From IMG/VR virus record IMGVR_UViG_3300048834_000246, positions 3,969-67,968 of that record: a stretch of 64,000 bases of DNA. The stretch is one strand, 5' to 3'. Each line of letters starts with the position of its first letter. Within the stretch, counting starts at the first letter, position 1. This DNA is from a virus. This document shows positions 26,701-36,975 of this stretch, in pieces. The notes under the pieces are model-generated. The model was not told the DNA's origin and did not search any database. It was given only the letters and a program-made list of their open reading frames with translations. A program made the position numbers and the translations under genes.

Positions 26701-27335
26701 GTGGCGGTGGAACATCTAAAGCTAAATATGTTGGTGGAGGTAATACGTTCAAAGCAACTTTTGAACTTGACACCGCAGAAGCAGCGGCGAAGAAAACCGA
26801 AGCCCAAACGTGGGGGCTAACGTGGGCCGGAGCAGTCTATGAATCTGACTTCAATATTAATAGTATTGACGCAACAAATAAAGCAAATACAGCCTTTATG
26901 TCTGGGTTCAATTGGGCTGGGTCACTCTTTACCGCAACGTTTAGTGTTAATATTAGCCCATTAGAAACGGCGCTTGTCCGAGTGAGAGAAATCGCCCAAG
27001 AAATTTCAGACGTGATGCCTCACTCTCCGGCGCGAAAAGGGCCGCTTCGTGAAGAAATTAGTTTCCAGTATATCGCGGATAACTTCGGTTCCGTGGCCGA
27101 TCAGCTTGCGCTTCACGCACAAGCAAGTGCAGCAACAGTGGCCGGAAGCTTTGACCGTGCGTATAATGCACAACCAACAATGGGAGTACGGGCACCGGCA
27201 TCTGCTGTGCATAACACATTCAACTATGCGGTAACAGCGGAAGACCTGGCGCGGCTTCAAAAGAAATCAGAACAAGGTCTTATGACTGTTGCGGAAACTG
27301 ATAAAGAAATTCGTATGACATTGGGAATGGTGTAA
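23745..27335 (+). CDS. tape measure protein
   Basis: 1196 aa, Ala/Gly-rich, TP901-type core (GIKGRSAGTGLR), hydrophobic segments. Confidence 0.9.
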   Translation: MATRVAELEVLITANASQAKSELNEVSRSFHNIIAGGALLGAGRGIVGWFKDAITSGAAFEQTMIRVDQLATGAAVGVDALTKKAFQVDQMTIYSAQQIAEAMEQLAREGFTGEQILGDWTDAAVNFAAVINEDVVSSANIMGQVARVFKEEGLEAAEVADILSQAILRSGRSAAEFMTGFQYVGAIASELGIPLEEMATSLSYLQSIGIKGRSAGTGLRSMFLELAAGSDAFGMSHGVQAFDPVTGDFVGMPKIIDQFGQLLDGMSKAEGLQFIGDIFGKPAASPLYALFTGGIEAYEAHNEKMRDLGSAATFMEKLMDTIAGSLDRFQAASSNFARAMGVIAGNILKPFIDIMTILLGVMTDAPRIVQIAAIAITGLAGAMMILSGAIMVFKGLGGMAILFSAFKIMGVVALASSFGLLALIGAVILFRDKLGGWGESIKEAFGPFMNILEYLSSINQANNPVQKFLGAMDDGPLKTFAIGAGRVVEALADLWYFISQGDWDRFWRRLPGELRQAAGGFDIMFDAIGDVDWSEKILSAIQWTGENIVFPMIVATFEVGMALAGDLAKWAGNLWGWVQSKIFGEDDGVGGAALDALTGRRGRGSSDTEYKLPFGTVSIEAGIQLTGTILAAAGNLWGWVKANLQTGGTTSYSPTGIYADGGTGEQIMSGSKDNTLFIGTVFIDGVVSAAESLLTGLESFVPGLITKVTSFFTLDSETGEASITLGSIKINLIPELAEGVDDDLFETLSSVFQVTPEMAIEIENFGEELGTLLGTVLGSVLGADFLNENNVELTGPSDEEWANAFSAFADGFARGFRMAIKNTLEEDLLTFLNEDLLGFWNEILGLFQKIPIVGGAFEDRELMAWMDENGNVMIGFMEDYELFLQEQADGNPPEVMLPPPLFLMPGDMGNLDDRSSNAWNTMFNQGKYGGPSDDSDYVFHSPGEGYAIPQAPSYTPPPITAEEQVIPARLELDTTDALAKLASLIGGGGTSKAKYVGGGNTFKATFELDTAEAAAKKTEAQTWGLTWAGAVYESDFNINSIDATNKANTAFMSGFNWAGSLFTATFSVNISPLETALVRVREIAQEISDVMPHSPARKGPLREEISFQYIADNFGSVADQLALHAQASAATVAGSFDRAYNAQPTMGVRAPASAVHNTFNYAVTAEDLARLQKKSEQGLMTVAETDKEIRMTLGMV

Positions 27336-27338
27336 TCT

Positions 27339-29945
27339 ATGGCGTCTTTCGGACCTAGAACGTATGGTTATGTAAACAGTGGTACAAGCGAAGGCTATGC
27401 CATTGTTCTCGAAAATTATGCACGCTCATATAGCGAAAATCAAAACTCCGCCCATATGTGGGCGGTTACTTTGCGTGGCCGTGTCGGTAGAGTGTCGGCT
27501 GTGGAAGGCAACCCCTCATTTAGATTTGTTATTTGGGAAAATAATTCTAGTTATGAACCGACTACAACTCGGGCGTATGGGGAAGAGGAAACATCATCAA
27601 CTGATCTTACATCCGGATCGACCGGAGCCGTGTACACTTCTGATATTGTTTCAGCAGCCGGTTCTCCCACGAACGACTCTGCACAGCTTTGGGCTGGTAA
27701 AAGTTATAGTTTAGGTATTCAGTCAGACCATGCAGACCTCCATGTGGCAATGATTTTCGCCGCAAGTATTTCTAAAGTAAACGAGAACATCTACCAACGA
27801 CAGTCTGCGGAAAACGCAACTATTCCGCCAAGCACATTTGGTACGGCATCCGTAGCATACGGTCAAGGGCATCTTACTGTTTGGACAGAAGGATACGCAA
27901 ACGAACCACCTCGCGTGCCGGTTGATCGTGTACCTAGCGGAACTATCAGTGATGCAACTCCTACGTTCACATCAACGTTCCGAGATAGAAACGGGGCGTG
28001 GGGAACGGCGAACTCTGGATATGATTCGGGTGATGTCATCAACCGGTATCGTATTCAAGTTCGTCGTGTTTCTGATGAAACAATTATGTGGGCACCTAGT
28101 TCGTTTAGTGCCACATCTACTGAAAAGACAAACAATGCTACTTCGAAAGTTTATGCTGGTTCGGCTCTTTCGTTGGGAACAACATATGAGTGGAGAATTC
28201 AGCATCAAGATATGTTTGAAGAGTGGGGTGACTATTCCGATTGGTTAGAATTTACCCCGGCACAAGCGGGGTATGTCTTTACCAATGCGTCGTCACCAAC
28301 TGGTAAACAAGAAGTAATTACCGGTATTACGTTCGGTGGTTCATGGACACACCAAAGTTCTACGTCTACAAATGCGGTGCAGGTTCGAATAAAAGAAAAC
28401 GGAACCGTTGTTCAAACAAGCGGAACTATTACTAAAACAGTAGTGTCAGCGGTGTCTCCTGGAACTGCATTTACCGTATCCTGGGCTGATACCGGGTTTA
28501 GCTCGTTGGATTGGGGTAGAAACTATACCTATGAGATTCGGGCACGGGATACTTCAAATGTGTGGTCTGACTGGTCTGATGGAAGAGCATTCAATACAAA
28601 CGCGTCTCCTAGCACACCATCTAACCTTATTCCCTCGAATGGGAGTACCTCTACGAGCTATCCGCTCCTACGATGTAGTGCGTCTGATCCGGACTCTGAC
28701 GACGACGGGGCAAGTCTTACTGTTAAAGCAATTATTACTCGTCCAAATCTATCAACTGTAACTGTAACGCTACCATACGTAAGCGGAGAGTATCAATATC
28801 AAACAACGGGTACGGAAATTACGGCAACTGGAACATATTCCTGGGTAGCATATAGTTATGACGGAACATTATATTCCGGAGAGCAGACAGTAGAAGCGAA
28901 CGCTGATAAATCGTCCGCGGGTACGTTTGTGTATGCGACCGGCCCTACGGTAACTATTACGTCTCCTACGGAGGCGGAAGTTATTGAGACAATTGATCCT
29001 ACGATTACGTTTAGTGTCTCGGGCGGAACTCAGGTTGAGTACCGAGTTATTATCACACAGGTAAGCGATAGTGCAGTTGCGTATGATTCCGGTTGGGTTG
29101 TTGATACAGCAACGTCTCACGATGTTCCATTAGGGTATTTAGATAATGAGACGGAATATACGCTTGTTGTTCAAGTTGAGGATAACTTAGCCTTAATCGG
29201 TATTTCAGGGGAACGAGCGTTCGAAATTGATTACCCCCCTGTGCCAGCACTAACAAACTTCCAAGCTAACCCGATGCAGGTAACAACGGACACTGTTCCA
29301 TCAGCGATTCGCTTGACTTGGGATGCTTCTATTGAACCGGCACCGTGGTTTGTTCGCTATATTCTACGAAGAAGTGACTTAACTAACCCACTTGCATATA
29401 TTTCTAGCCAGTCTCAAACCGAATACGTTGATTATCTCCCGGTGTCCGGGGAGAGCTACACATATACAATTCGACAAGTCAATGTTATCGACGGTCTAAA
29501 CTTGGCTGGTCCTACGGTATCTGCGGAAGCTTCTATTGATTTAGAAGGTGTAGTTCTATGTTCTGTAACAAGCCCAAGCACCCTTCGAGCTAACCTTTCT
29601 TTCGGGGAAAGCCGAAGCCACCGCTTTACGAACAATGACCAAATTTATCTTCCCTGGGGGGCTACGAAACCAACTACGGTACGAGGAAATATTAAATACT
29701 GGACAACATCCGGTCGGTACAAACTTATTGATGATAACCGAATCGGAGTTACCGCAGCACAGCGGGTGCAAGAACTTGAGGATATTCTTAACTCTGGTAA
29801 TATTCTTTGCTACCGAGATTCTCGGGGGCGGAAACGGTTTGTTGTTCCAGAACGAGAAGGTACAGAATTTAGTGACGAATTTTTCCTTCAATCAGAAGTA
29901 ACTTTGGCACTTAGAGAAGAAGCATACGAAGAGGGCGAATCTTAA
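27339..29945 (+). CDS. minor tail protein with Fn3/Ig-like domains
   Basis: TYEWRI and YTYEIRARD..WSDWS Fn3 signatures. Confidence 0.8.
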   Translation: MASFGPRTYGYVNSGTSEGYAIVLENYARSYSENQNSAHMWAVTLRGRVGRVSAVEGNPSFRFVIWENNSSYEPTTTRAYGEEETSSTDLTSGSTGAVYTSDIVSAAGSPTNDSAQLWAGKSYSLGIQSDHADLHVAMIFAASISKVNENIYQRQSAENATIPPSTFGTASVAYGQGHLTVWTEGYANEPPRVPVDRVPSGTISDATPTFTSTFRDRNGAWGTANSGYDSGDVINRYRIQVRRVSDETIMWAPSSFSATSTEKTNNATSKVYAGSALSLGTTYEWRIQHQDMFEEWGDYSDWLEFTPAQAGYVFTNASSPTGKQEVITGITFGGSWTHQSSTSTNAVQVRIKENGTVVQTSGTITKTVVSAVSPGTAFTVSWADTGFSSLDWGRNYTYEIRARDTSNVWSDWSDGRAFNTNASPSTPSNLIPSNGSTSTSYPLLRCSASDPDSDDDGASLTVKAIITRPNLSTVTVTLPYVSGEYQYQTTGTEITATGTYSWVAYSYDGTLYSGEQTVEANADKSSAGTFVYATGPTVTITSPTEAEVIETIDPTITFSVSGGTQVEYRVIITQVSDSAVAYDSGWVVDTATSHDVPLGYLDNETEYTLVVQVEDNLALIGISGERAFEIDYPPVPALTNFQANPMQVTTDTVPSAIRLTWDASIEPAPWFVRYILRRSDLTNPLAYISSQSQTEYVDYLPVSGESYTYTIRQVNVIDGLNLAGPTVSAEASIDLEGVVLCSVTSPSTLRANLSFGESRSHRFTNNDQIYLPWGATKPTTVRGNIKYWTTSGRYKLIDDNRIGVTAAQRVQELEDILNSGNILCYRDSRGRKRFVVPEREGTEFSDEFFLQSEVTLALREEAYEEGES

Positions 29946-31066
29946 TGGCACAGCCGGTTGGCGGAACCGTTACAATTGATGCGCGATTATGGGTATCTGA
30001 TCGGTCAGGAAATCTTATTCGAGATATTACCCGCTATGTAGACTCGGGTTTTGTCGATTGGGATGCTGACCGGTCAGGCGGCTCTCCGATGGGCTGCGAG
30101 TTTGTTTTGTCAAAAACGAATTTACTCACCCCCTGGAAAGACTACCTTATTCCGTTTCAAACACTGACTTACGATTCTGGCGTAACCGTACGTGCGCAAA
30201 TGGGTCACTTTATGGTCATGCCATACGGAGAAACGCATTCGGCTATTGACGAGCGAAGTACCGTAACAGGGCGTGATCTTACAATTGTTCCTGCGTTATC
30301 TAAGTATCTAGACAGAGAAAACTTTTCTGCATCAACAAACCTTGTCACCCTACAAACGGGAATTCTTACCGATTTAGGTTTAACAAAATATAATTTTCCG
30401 TCAACATCAAAGGTTCTTGGGTCAGCTAAAAGTTTTGGAGTTGGGACGACAAAACTTCAAGCAATGAACCACTTCTTTCACCGATTTGGGTGGTATCGGC
30501 TTTTTATGGAGTTGGACGGAACGCTACGCTCTCTACCTTATCGCAAATTATCTACGTCACAGCCTTCTAAACTGTATACCGAAGACCATATTGTTGATTT
30601 GTTAGAAGTAGACACCCCACCAACCGATAAATTTGCGAATATTATTATTCTTCAAAAAGAAATTGAAGGCGGCGGGTCTATTCAGTCTATTGCAAGAGAA
30701 GACAGTCCAACCGTTCCGTGGAGTACCGTTTCATTAGGAATTGATATTGTTCGAGGGCCGGAAACAGTTACCGATGTAGAAGATCAAACATCCCTTGATT
30801 TACTTGCACAGTCTGAACTCGATAACGCTGCTGCGTATGAGAAAATTATTCAACTTCGCACGCTTCCCGATCCAAACCAAGAAATCTACAGAACGGTAGA
30901 CCTTTATCTTACAGGAGCAAAAGAACATCTGAACGGTCGTTATCGTGTCTCGGCGTGGAGAATCGGGTTTACTCCGAACGACGCGTTGGTAGACTTAACT
31001 CTCAGCCGTGTGGCGAGGTTTGTTGATAACTTATTGGTGCCTGGTCAAGGACTATTGGATATATAA
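29945..31066 (+). CDS. minor tail/baseplate hub protein
   Basis: Position, 373 aa, TAATG coupling. Confidence 0.7.
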   Translation: MAQPVGGTVTIDARLWVSDRSGNLIRDITRYVDSGFVDWDADRSGGSPMGCEFVLSKTNLLTPWKDYLIPFQTLTYDSGVTVRAQMGHFMVMPYGETHSAIDERSTVTGRDLTIVPALSKYLDRENFSASTNLVTLQTGILTDLGLTKYNFPSTSKVLGSAKSFGVGTTKLQAMNHFFHRFGWYRLFMELDGTLRSLPYRKLSTSQPSKLYTEDHIVDLLEVDTPPTDKFANIIILQKEIEGGGSIQSIAREDSPTVPWSTVSLGIDIVRGPETVTDVEDQTSLDLLAQSELDNAAAYEKIIQLRTLPDPNQEIYRTVDLYLTGAKEHLNGRYRVSAWRIGFTPNDALVDLTLSRVARFVDNLLVPGQGLLDI

Positions 31067-31067
31067 T

Positions 31068-31670
31068 ATGTCATATGGAAAAAGCCTAGCACAAACTATT
31101 ATCTCCGCTGTGCGACAGGAAATGTCTCGGTACATTGATGTGTATTCGGCGGTTGTTACGGCCATTGACACAATCGGAGACGGCCTTCAAATTCGTAAGC
31201 TTGGCGAAACAACTGCGAGTGAAGAACGATACGCACGATTGTCGGACCATTATGTTATCGTTGACGATGAAGTATTAGTATTAGAAATTCGACAGAAACC
31301 ATACATTCTCGGAAAAATTAAATCCGGGGTAGAGACGGCTCCTACAATTACCGTTCTATCTCCGGCTGGAACCGGGGCTACTGGTCAGATTCTTTCTGGT
31401 GGCACGGATTATGCCGGGGAAATTGAGCTTGAGGCCGGTAGCGCTTCCCTTTCTTCCGGAAATGTTTTGACCTTTAATTTTGGTCAAGAAAAACCCGATG
31501 TAAATTATAATATTCTTCTCTCCCCCACAACAAACGCATCTGGTGACTTGCAAGCCCGATATAATACCGTTTCTCGTACGGTAAATGGATGGAATCTCAA
31601 TTTCCGGGTTGCCCCAACTGCGAAAGCAACCTATAGATTCGCTTATTTTATTCGTCAATCCAAACGATAA
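31068..31670 (+). CDS. minor tail protein
   Basis: N-terminal OB-like region (D.VLVL....PYILGKI) and beta-rich C-terminus. Confidence 0.65.
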   Translation: MSYGKSLAQTIISAVRQEMSRYIDVYSAVVTAIDTIGDGLQIRKLGETTASEERYARLSDHYVIVDDEVLVLEIRQKPYILGKIKSGVETAPTITVLSPAGTGATGQILSGGTDYAGEIELEAGSASLSSGNVLTFNFGQEKPDVNYNILLSPTTNASGDLQARYNTVSRTVNGWNLNFRVAPTAKATYRFAYFIRQSKR

Positions 31671-31731
31671 GAGTTGCTATTTTTAGTAAAGTGTGTTAGA
31701 CTATAATCTATAATTAGGATTATGGGGGTAT

Positions 31732-32376
31732 ATGTCTAACCTATCTTTACAATCGTTAGGGGATGTGTCGTGGGACACCTGGCGAGAAATTCTTAAAGAA
31801 GCAGATAGTCCAATTCTTGAAGAAGGCTCTCTAGCCTATGATGCTGCAAAACCGCACACAGCGGTATGCCTTGCAACGTTGAAAAATACATCGGCGTATG
31901 GATTATCTGGACTTCCAATCGAATATCATAATCCTTTTAATATTAAGTCTACTGGAAGTTTTGCAGGTTATGTAGAGTTTTCTACATATGTCGAAGCCAT
32001 TACACATTGGAAACAAGATTACTTTCCGGATCAAAACATTTATGATACGTCGCTGCTGTGGAGCATCGTAAGAGACACTGAATACTTTCTTTCACTAGAA
32101 TCTAAAAGATTCTATGAAAATAAAGTAGACGGATATTTAGATTCTGATGGATCACCAACAGAATCGACACTATTACGGTGGTGGGGGAATACACCACCTG
32201 CAAGTCAAAAAATTTTTGATTTGTGGAAACGTGTAGGGGCCGACACCGGACTCTATCCCCCGGTATATGCTACTTGTGTTGTAGGAAACGGTCTAGAAGT
32301 TCTTTTTGTTAATGGACTTCGGATTTATGAAGATTATACTACCCACCGACTACGAATATTTGGGGCAACGGTCTAA
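31732..32376 (+). CDS. glucosaminidase-like lysis-module protein, possibly inactive
   Basis: HNPFNIK...Y.EF.T..EAI..W resembles the lysozyme-like glucosaminidase fold. Confidence 0.5.
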   Translation: MSNLSLQSLGDVSWDTWREILKEADSPILEEGSLAYDAAKPHTAVCLATLKNTSAYGLSGLPIEYHNPFNIKSTGSFAGYVEFSTYVEAITHWKQDYFPDQNIYDTSLLWSIVRDTEYFLSLESKRFYENKVDGYLDSDGSPTESTLLRWWGNTPPASQKIFDLWKRVGADTGLYPPVYATCVVGNGLEVLFVNGLRIYEDYTTHRLRIFGATV

Positions 32377-32421
32377 TATGTTGCCTCATACTACAATACA
32401 AGTGGGTTAAGGTAAATAAAG

Positions 32422-32766
32422 ATGCTAAATTATGTGGGATATGTTACAGGGGAACTTAGCCGAATTATCAATACGTCTAATCCCCTTGCTTGGATTCTTG
32501 CGCCTGGCGTTTTTGTGGTTTACTGCATACCCGCTCTTATTAATCGAACGGCGGAAGAACAAAGCCCTGCTCGAAGCAAACAATCAACTTCACGACACAG
32601 TTCAACGAATTTGGGAGCTTACCGAAAAGGTGGACTCGAACAAAAAATTCTCAGACTTAGAAAAGTAGACCCAAATATCTACAACGACCAAGAAGTACAA
32701 CAAGCGTATTTGACCCTTAACAAAGCAAAACAATTAGAGTCGTTGCTTAAATTACAGGGAGAGTAA
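32422..32766 (+). CDS. membrane-associated hypothetical protein (frame ambiguous with 32432-32668)
   Basis: Hydrophobic segment; stop coupled to the endolysin ATG. Confidence 0.5.
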   Translation: MLNYVGYVTGELSRIINTSNPLAWILAPGVFVVYCIPALINRTAEEQSPARSKQSTSRHSSTNLGAYRKGGLEQKILRLRKVDPNIYNDQEVQQAYLTLNKAKQLESLLKLQGE

Positions 32767-34313
32767 TGTATACAACACGTCTTTCAACTACCGGTAAAGG
32801 CCACAGCAAAGCTACTCCGAACGAAGCCCTTAATTACGCACATCAACGAGGTGCGCAGCGTTGGAATGATGTAGTCCGATTCGTAAATACCGTGTGGGAC
32901 TACGCAGAACGAATGAATATTCGCCCCGAGGTTGTATTCGGACAATGGTGCGATGAAACAGACGTAGGGAAATCCTTCTACTGGAATACGCATCTTAACC
33001 CAGGTGGTTTGAGAATTACGTATTCGGGTGAAGCGTCTCGCACATGGGTAAACGGAACAGATGCGGCGTTAGGAATGCTCCACCGGTTAAGTTTATATAT
33101 TTACGGGTATGAACACGAAGCTATTTCGACGTTTAGTGAGTTTGACCCTCTTCCAAATGAAGTTGGAAAAGCCGGTTATTTAGGAATCGCTAAGACAGTT
33201 CAAGATTTATCTGGACGATGGGCTGCGAACCCAAACTATGCGAGACAAATTGTAGCGCATCTTAATAATGCGTTTCCGCTAGGGGACGATCAATCAGACA
33301 GGAGCAACGACAGTATGGATGACGGTCCTATTTTTGGAAACGTAGTTCACCCACCGTTTGTAGATAAGTATATTCCAAACTCTCAAACAAGTGCGTGGGA
33401 TGACCTCGGACAACGAACCCCCCTCGGAGTGTGTCAACACTCGATGATTGGTTCACTTACCGGAACAGACGGATGGTTTCGCCGTGGAACCGCCAGCAAT
33501 GGCCTCACAGACTACGGGATCGGTGGTTCTACTGACGGAAACCTTGACGGCGTTATTTACCGGTGGAACGATCCTAAAGGTCGTCGGAGTGGTTGGGCAA
33601 ACGGTTCCTCAGATGGTTTGGAGGGAGACGGCGTTGCATTCGTTCGTAAGATGGGTATTAATGCGATTAACCGTGATCTTGTTTCGATTGAAAGAAGTGA
33701 CGGCGGAAATATTAACACACCTATGAGTGACCGTCAATTTGCGGCTATCTGTGGGCTTACCGCCTATTGGTTCGACCAAGCAGAGGTGCCGTGGGATCAG
33801 TTTCCTCTTAACCCCCATGTTAATCTCGTAACCCATCTTCTCCATAAAGAAATTGCTACAAAGGATTGCCCGTTCCCCCCTGTGTACAACCGTATTCAGG
33901 AGATTCAAAACCGGGTTCGGTCAATTATGAAAGCGGCACAGGTTCCATCTGTTGTTCCTCCAAAGGAGCTTCCTCCCGAATCTATTCCGGTTCCCGACAC
34001 GGGTTGGCCTAAGGGTTGGACGACTCCGCAGCTTGCTGATCGGTGGGGCACTATTCCTAGATTTGAGCCTAACGGAGGCATTGGAGCGTTTTCATTCAAC
34101 GAAAACCACGCGGTTATCAATGCTTGGGTTGCGCGTGCAGCCGGGGATGCGAACCGAACACACCACACCGACCTTCCACGGCCTATTGCATGGCACCGCT
34201 TAAATGCTGATGATGGGCGTGTAAGCGATGTTATTCTCTTCCACGGCAGCGCAGCACGAGCCTGGGCGCTGTACCGACCAGACGTGAATGTGCGTTGGGT
34301 TTGGGCTAACTAA
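32766..34313 (+). CDS. endolysin (glucosaminidase-like domain plus Zn amidase)
   Basis: HLNPGGLR...RWAANPNY; amidase motifs CQHS, SIE, HKEIATKDCP. Confidence 0.85.
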   Translation: MYTTRLSTTGKGHSKATPNEALNYAHQRGAQRWNDVVRFVNTVWDYAERMNIRPEVVFGQWCDETDVGKSFYWNTHLNPGGLRITYSGEASRTWVNGTDAALGMLHRLSLYIYGYEHEAISTFSEFDPLPNEVGKAGYLGIAKTVQDLSGRWAANPNYARQIVAHLNNAFPLGDDQSDRSNDSMDDGPIFGNVVHPPFVDKYIPNSQTSAWDDLGQRTPLGVCQHSMIGSLTGTDGWFRRGTASNGLTDYGIGGSTDGNLDGVIYRWNDPKGRRSGWANGSSDGLEGDGVAFVRKMGINAINRDLVSIERSDGGNINTPMSDRQFAAICGLTAYWFDQAEVPWDQFPLNPHVNLVTHLLHKEIATKDCPFPPVYNRIQEIQNRVRSIMKAAQVPSVVPPKELPPESIPVPDTGWPKGWTTPQLADRWGTIPRFEPNGGIGAFSFNENHAVINAWVARAAGDANRTHHTDLPRPIAWHRLNADDGRVSDVILFHGSAARAWALYRPDVNVRWVWAN

Positions 34314-34322
34314 GGATTAATT

Positions 34323-34727
34323 ATGGACGATACAACAATTGGCGCAATTACAAACGCTCTCGCAGTTCTCGGTTTACTTTCAATCACGTATGGTAAGTTT
34401 ATCGGGCCTCGACAGACACGCCTGGTGCAAGCGGTTATTGATGGGAAACAAATCGAATCTCGTTACCGCCCTGCGGTAAACTTCGTTACCGGGGTAGGTC
34501 TTGCAGTAGCCCTCTCCGCATTTTTGGCGGTGTGGCTCGGTAGTTGGGAAGTGCTTATCATCGGTGTAGTAGCCGGAGTATTCGCCTCAGAAGAAGCCGC
34601 GTCTACGCACGACGACGCAAGTAATCAACTAGCAACTGTGTTCTCAACTGAACAAACAAACGGCACAACAACCTCTAAAACGACTTCCGCAGGACTGCCC
34701 CTTGAAATGGCTGTAGACGACAAGTAG
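34323..34727 (+). CDS. holin (putative)
   Basis: 2-3 hydrophobic helices, directly after the endolysin. Confidence 0.65.
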   Translation: MDDTTIGAITNALAVLGLLSITYGKFIGPRQTRLVQAVIDGKQIESRYRPAVNFVTGVGLAVALSAFLAVWLGSWEVLIIGVVAGVFASEEAASTHDDASNQLATVFSTEQTNGTTTSKTTSAGLPLEMAVDDK

Positions 34728-34799
34728 TTCTTAGTGTAGTATAATTGACCGGAGATACAAGCGTGTCTCCGGTTTTTATTTTGTAAAAAAGGATAAATA

Positions 34800-35792
34800 A
34801 TGTCTCGTATTTGGTTACTTGAAGAAATAAACGACGCTCATACAATGGACGCCGACGATTTTTTGCGAAAGTATCAAGATCGAACGTTTGATGCGTGGAG
34901 AATTAAGCGTGGTCGCACGCTTCCATCTATTCAAAATCTCCCCCAAGAATTCACATCGAACAAACGTATTGGAGAACTAGACTGGCGAGAAGTAAATGCC
35001 CTTGCATTACAAATGCAGGAGCTAAAGCAACGGGCTAGCTACAGTCAAGACACCGCGGAAATAAAGATCGACACTGATAAGCCGGTGTGTATTGTGGGCT
35101 TATCTGATACACACATTTTATCCTGGGGAACAGACCACGCCCTTCTCGAAGAAATCACCAATGAAATTTTAGAGACAGACGGCTTGTACGTAGCGCTTCT
35201 CGGTGACTTGCAACAAATGTCTATCAAGATGCGTGGTGTGTTAGAAGTATCTGACAATATGTTTCCTCCGGAAATTCAGCACCGGTATCTCGAAGCGTGG
35301 TTGAAAGAAATCTCCCACAAGGTTCTTTTTGCAACGTGGGACAACCACTCAGCTATGCGTGAAGAAGAAGCTAGCGGGTATTCTCGCTACTCAGACATTT
35401 TGAAACGAAATGTTATTTATCACAACGGGATCGGGCATCCAGATGTGACGATTGGAGACGAGACGTATAAGCTAGCCGTTACGCACGCTTTCCCTCGACG
35501 CTCTCAATATAACCCGTGCTATGGGGGTGTGATGTACCTAATGTCTCACGGGCATTCCAGAGAGATTGCTATGTCAGGTGACTCACACGTTCCGGGTATC
35601 TCGTGGTTCACTCACGGAGAAACCCCAAAGCTCGCTACGAACGCAGGAACGATCCAAACAAACTCCGGATACGCAAAACGGTTCTTCACCCTACACACGC
35701 ACCCAAGCTTCCCTGCTGTCATTCTGTGGCCTGACAAGCACCATTTCGAACCTGTGGTAAGTGTCAAAACCTGGAAACAACTTTATACATAA
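34800..35792 (+). CDS. calcineurin-like metallophosphoesterase
   Basis: SDTH, LGD, DNH, TH and GDSH motifs. Confidence 0.85.
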   Translation: MSRIWLLEEINDAHTMDADDFLRKYQDRTFDAWRIKRGRTLPSIQNLPQEFTSNKRIGELDWREVNALALQMQELKQRASYSQDTAEIKIDTDKPVCIVGLSDTHILSWGTDHALLEEITNEILETDGLYVALLGDLQQMSIKMRGVLEVSDNMFPPEIQHRYLEAWLKEISHKVLFATWDNHSAMREEEASGYSRYSDILKRNVIYHNGIGHPDVTIGDETYKLAVTHAFPRRSQYNPCYGGVMYLMSHGHSREIAMSGDSHVPGISWFTHGETPKLATNAGTIQTNSGYAKRFFTLHTHPSFPAVILWPDKHHFEPVVSVKTWKQLYT

Positions 35793-35819
35793 AAAAAGAG
35801 CCGCAAGGCTCTTTTTTTT
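35791..35819. terminator. bidirectional intrinsic terminator
   Basis: A7-GAGCC-GCAA-GGCTC-T8 between convergent genes. Confidence 0.9.
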
Positions 35820-36423
35820 ATCCCCATTGTTCGGCCATAGCATCTGCAATTCCTTGGTAGGTTTTGCTTCGTTCCTTAGCGCGTGTTTCGCTTGGTCCTA
35901 GTCGATTCTGACCACTATCGGTTTGATTCGCCCACCGATTTTTTCCGTTCACAATTCTTGGCTCAATATAGTTTGTTGGCATAAGAATAGGAAGATTCTT
36001 TAACCACAAACATGTAGACTTACTTGCGTCGTCTCCAAACATATACGGTTGGATTATTTGATCTGGCTTACGATAGGCAGAACTGATTCGACCAATAGGG
36101 TTTTCTAGAGCAATTTTAGGGATATTGTGATCGATGAACCCCTCACCCATTAAATTGAAGACAAACAACATCGCTTCATGCGTTAGTTCAGACCGGCCTG
36201 GAACCTTGTTATTCCAATGAAGACCGGACGAACTAAGATACGTACACGGCGGATGTGCAATCATCATATCCCACCCGTCATTGATAATATCAAACACGTC
36301 GCCTTCGTAATGAGGGCCGGGGGATTCAGTCGGAAGCAAATCGCAGGACATTGCGTCGTGACCTTTTCGAATAAAGGCGTCTCTAACAACGCCTGAATAC
36401 TCGCACGCGACAAGAATTTTCAC
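35818..36423 (-). CDS. phage DNA cytosine methyltransferase-like protein
   Basis: ILVACEYSG, HPPCT, ENP, KSTCLWL, RSKTY.GIA.AMA.QWG. Confidence 0.8.
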   Translation of the reverse strand: MKILVACEYSGVVRDAFIRKGHDAMSCDLLPTESPGPHYEGDVFDIINDGWDMMIAHPPCTYLSSSGLHWNNKVPGRSELTHEAMLFVFNLMGEGFIDHNIPKIALENPIGRISSAYRKPDQIIQPYMFGDDASKSTCLWLKNLPILMPTNYIEPRIVNGKNRWANQTDSGQNRLGPSETRAKERSKTYQGIADAMAEQWG

Positions 36424-36971
36424 TATACCCCCCTAATTGAGTACGAGTTAAGAATTGTACACAGAGCCTCGGCGTTCCCCATGGCATCGTCAACCGCACT
36501 ATGCGTGTGCTTGGTTATTCGATACTTCTTGAAGCTCTGCTTGAAATCCGCCCGGAGTCCTTTGTAGAAACTTGTCAGACTAAGCGAACTAAATCCAAAC
36601 GGGTTAGACCCGATGTAATAATGAAAATAAGCATTGACGAACTGCCAATCGAATCCCGCATTGTCTGAAACAAACGAAGGTCTACGAACTCCCTCCGGCG
36701 TTACGTGTTGGACCCACGAATTGAATTTTTCCATTGTAAGCGAGGCACGTGGATAACCTTCAATCTCTGCTCGGCTTCGACCGATAGCTTCTAGAGCATC
36801 ATTACGGGATACGTGATTTGGCAAGGGAGCCATACTTCCGAGAAACGTCGCGCCGATTTCGTACATCGTTTTGTTTGCGGGACGATGAACAACTACCGCC
36901 CCAATCTCGATCATGGAATTGATAAGCGGAGTTGGCCCGTCTGCTTCGACATCTACACAAATAAAAAACAC
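36423..36971 (-). CDS. DEDDh 3'-5' exonuclease
   Basis: DVEADG, SDNAGFDW, H.A.DDA. Confidence 0.85.
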   Translation of the reverse strand: MFFICVDVEADGPTPLINSMIEIGAVVVHRPANKTMYEIGATFLGSMAPLPNHVSRNDALEAIGRSRAEIEGYPRASLTMEKFNSWVQHVTPEGVRRPSFVSDNAGFDWQFVNAYFHYYIGSNPFGFSSLSLTSFYKGLRADFKQSFKKYRITKHTHSAVDDAMGNAEALCTILNSYSIRGV

Positions 36972-36975
36972 GTTA

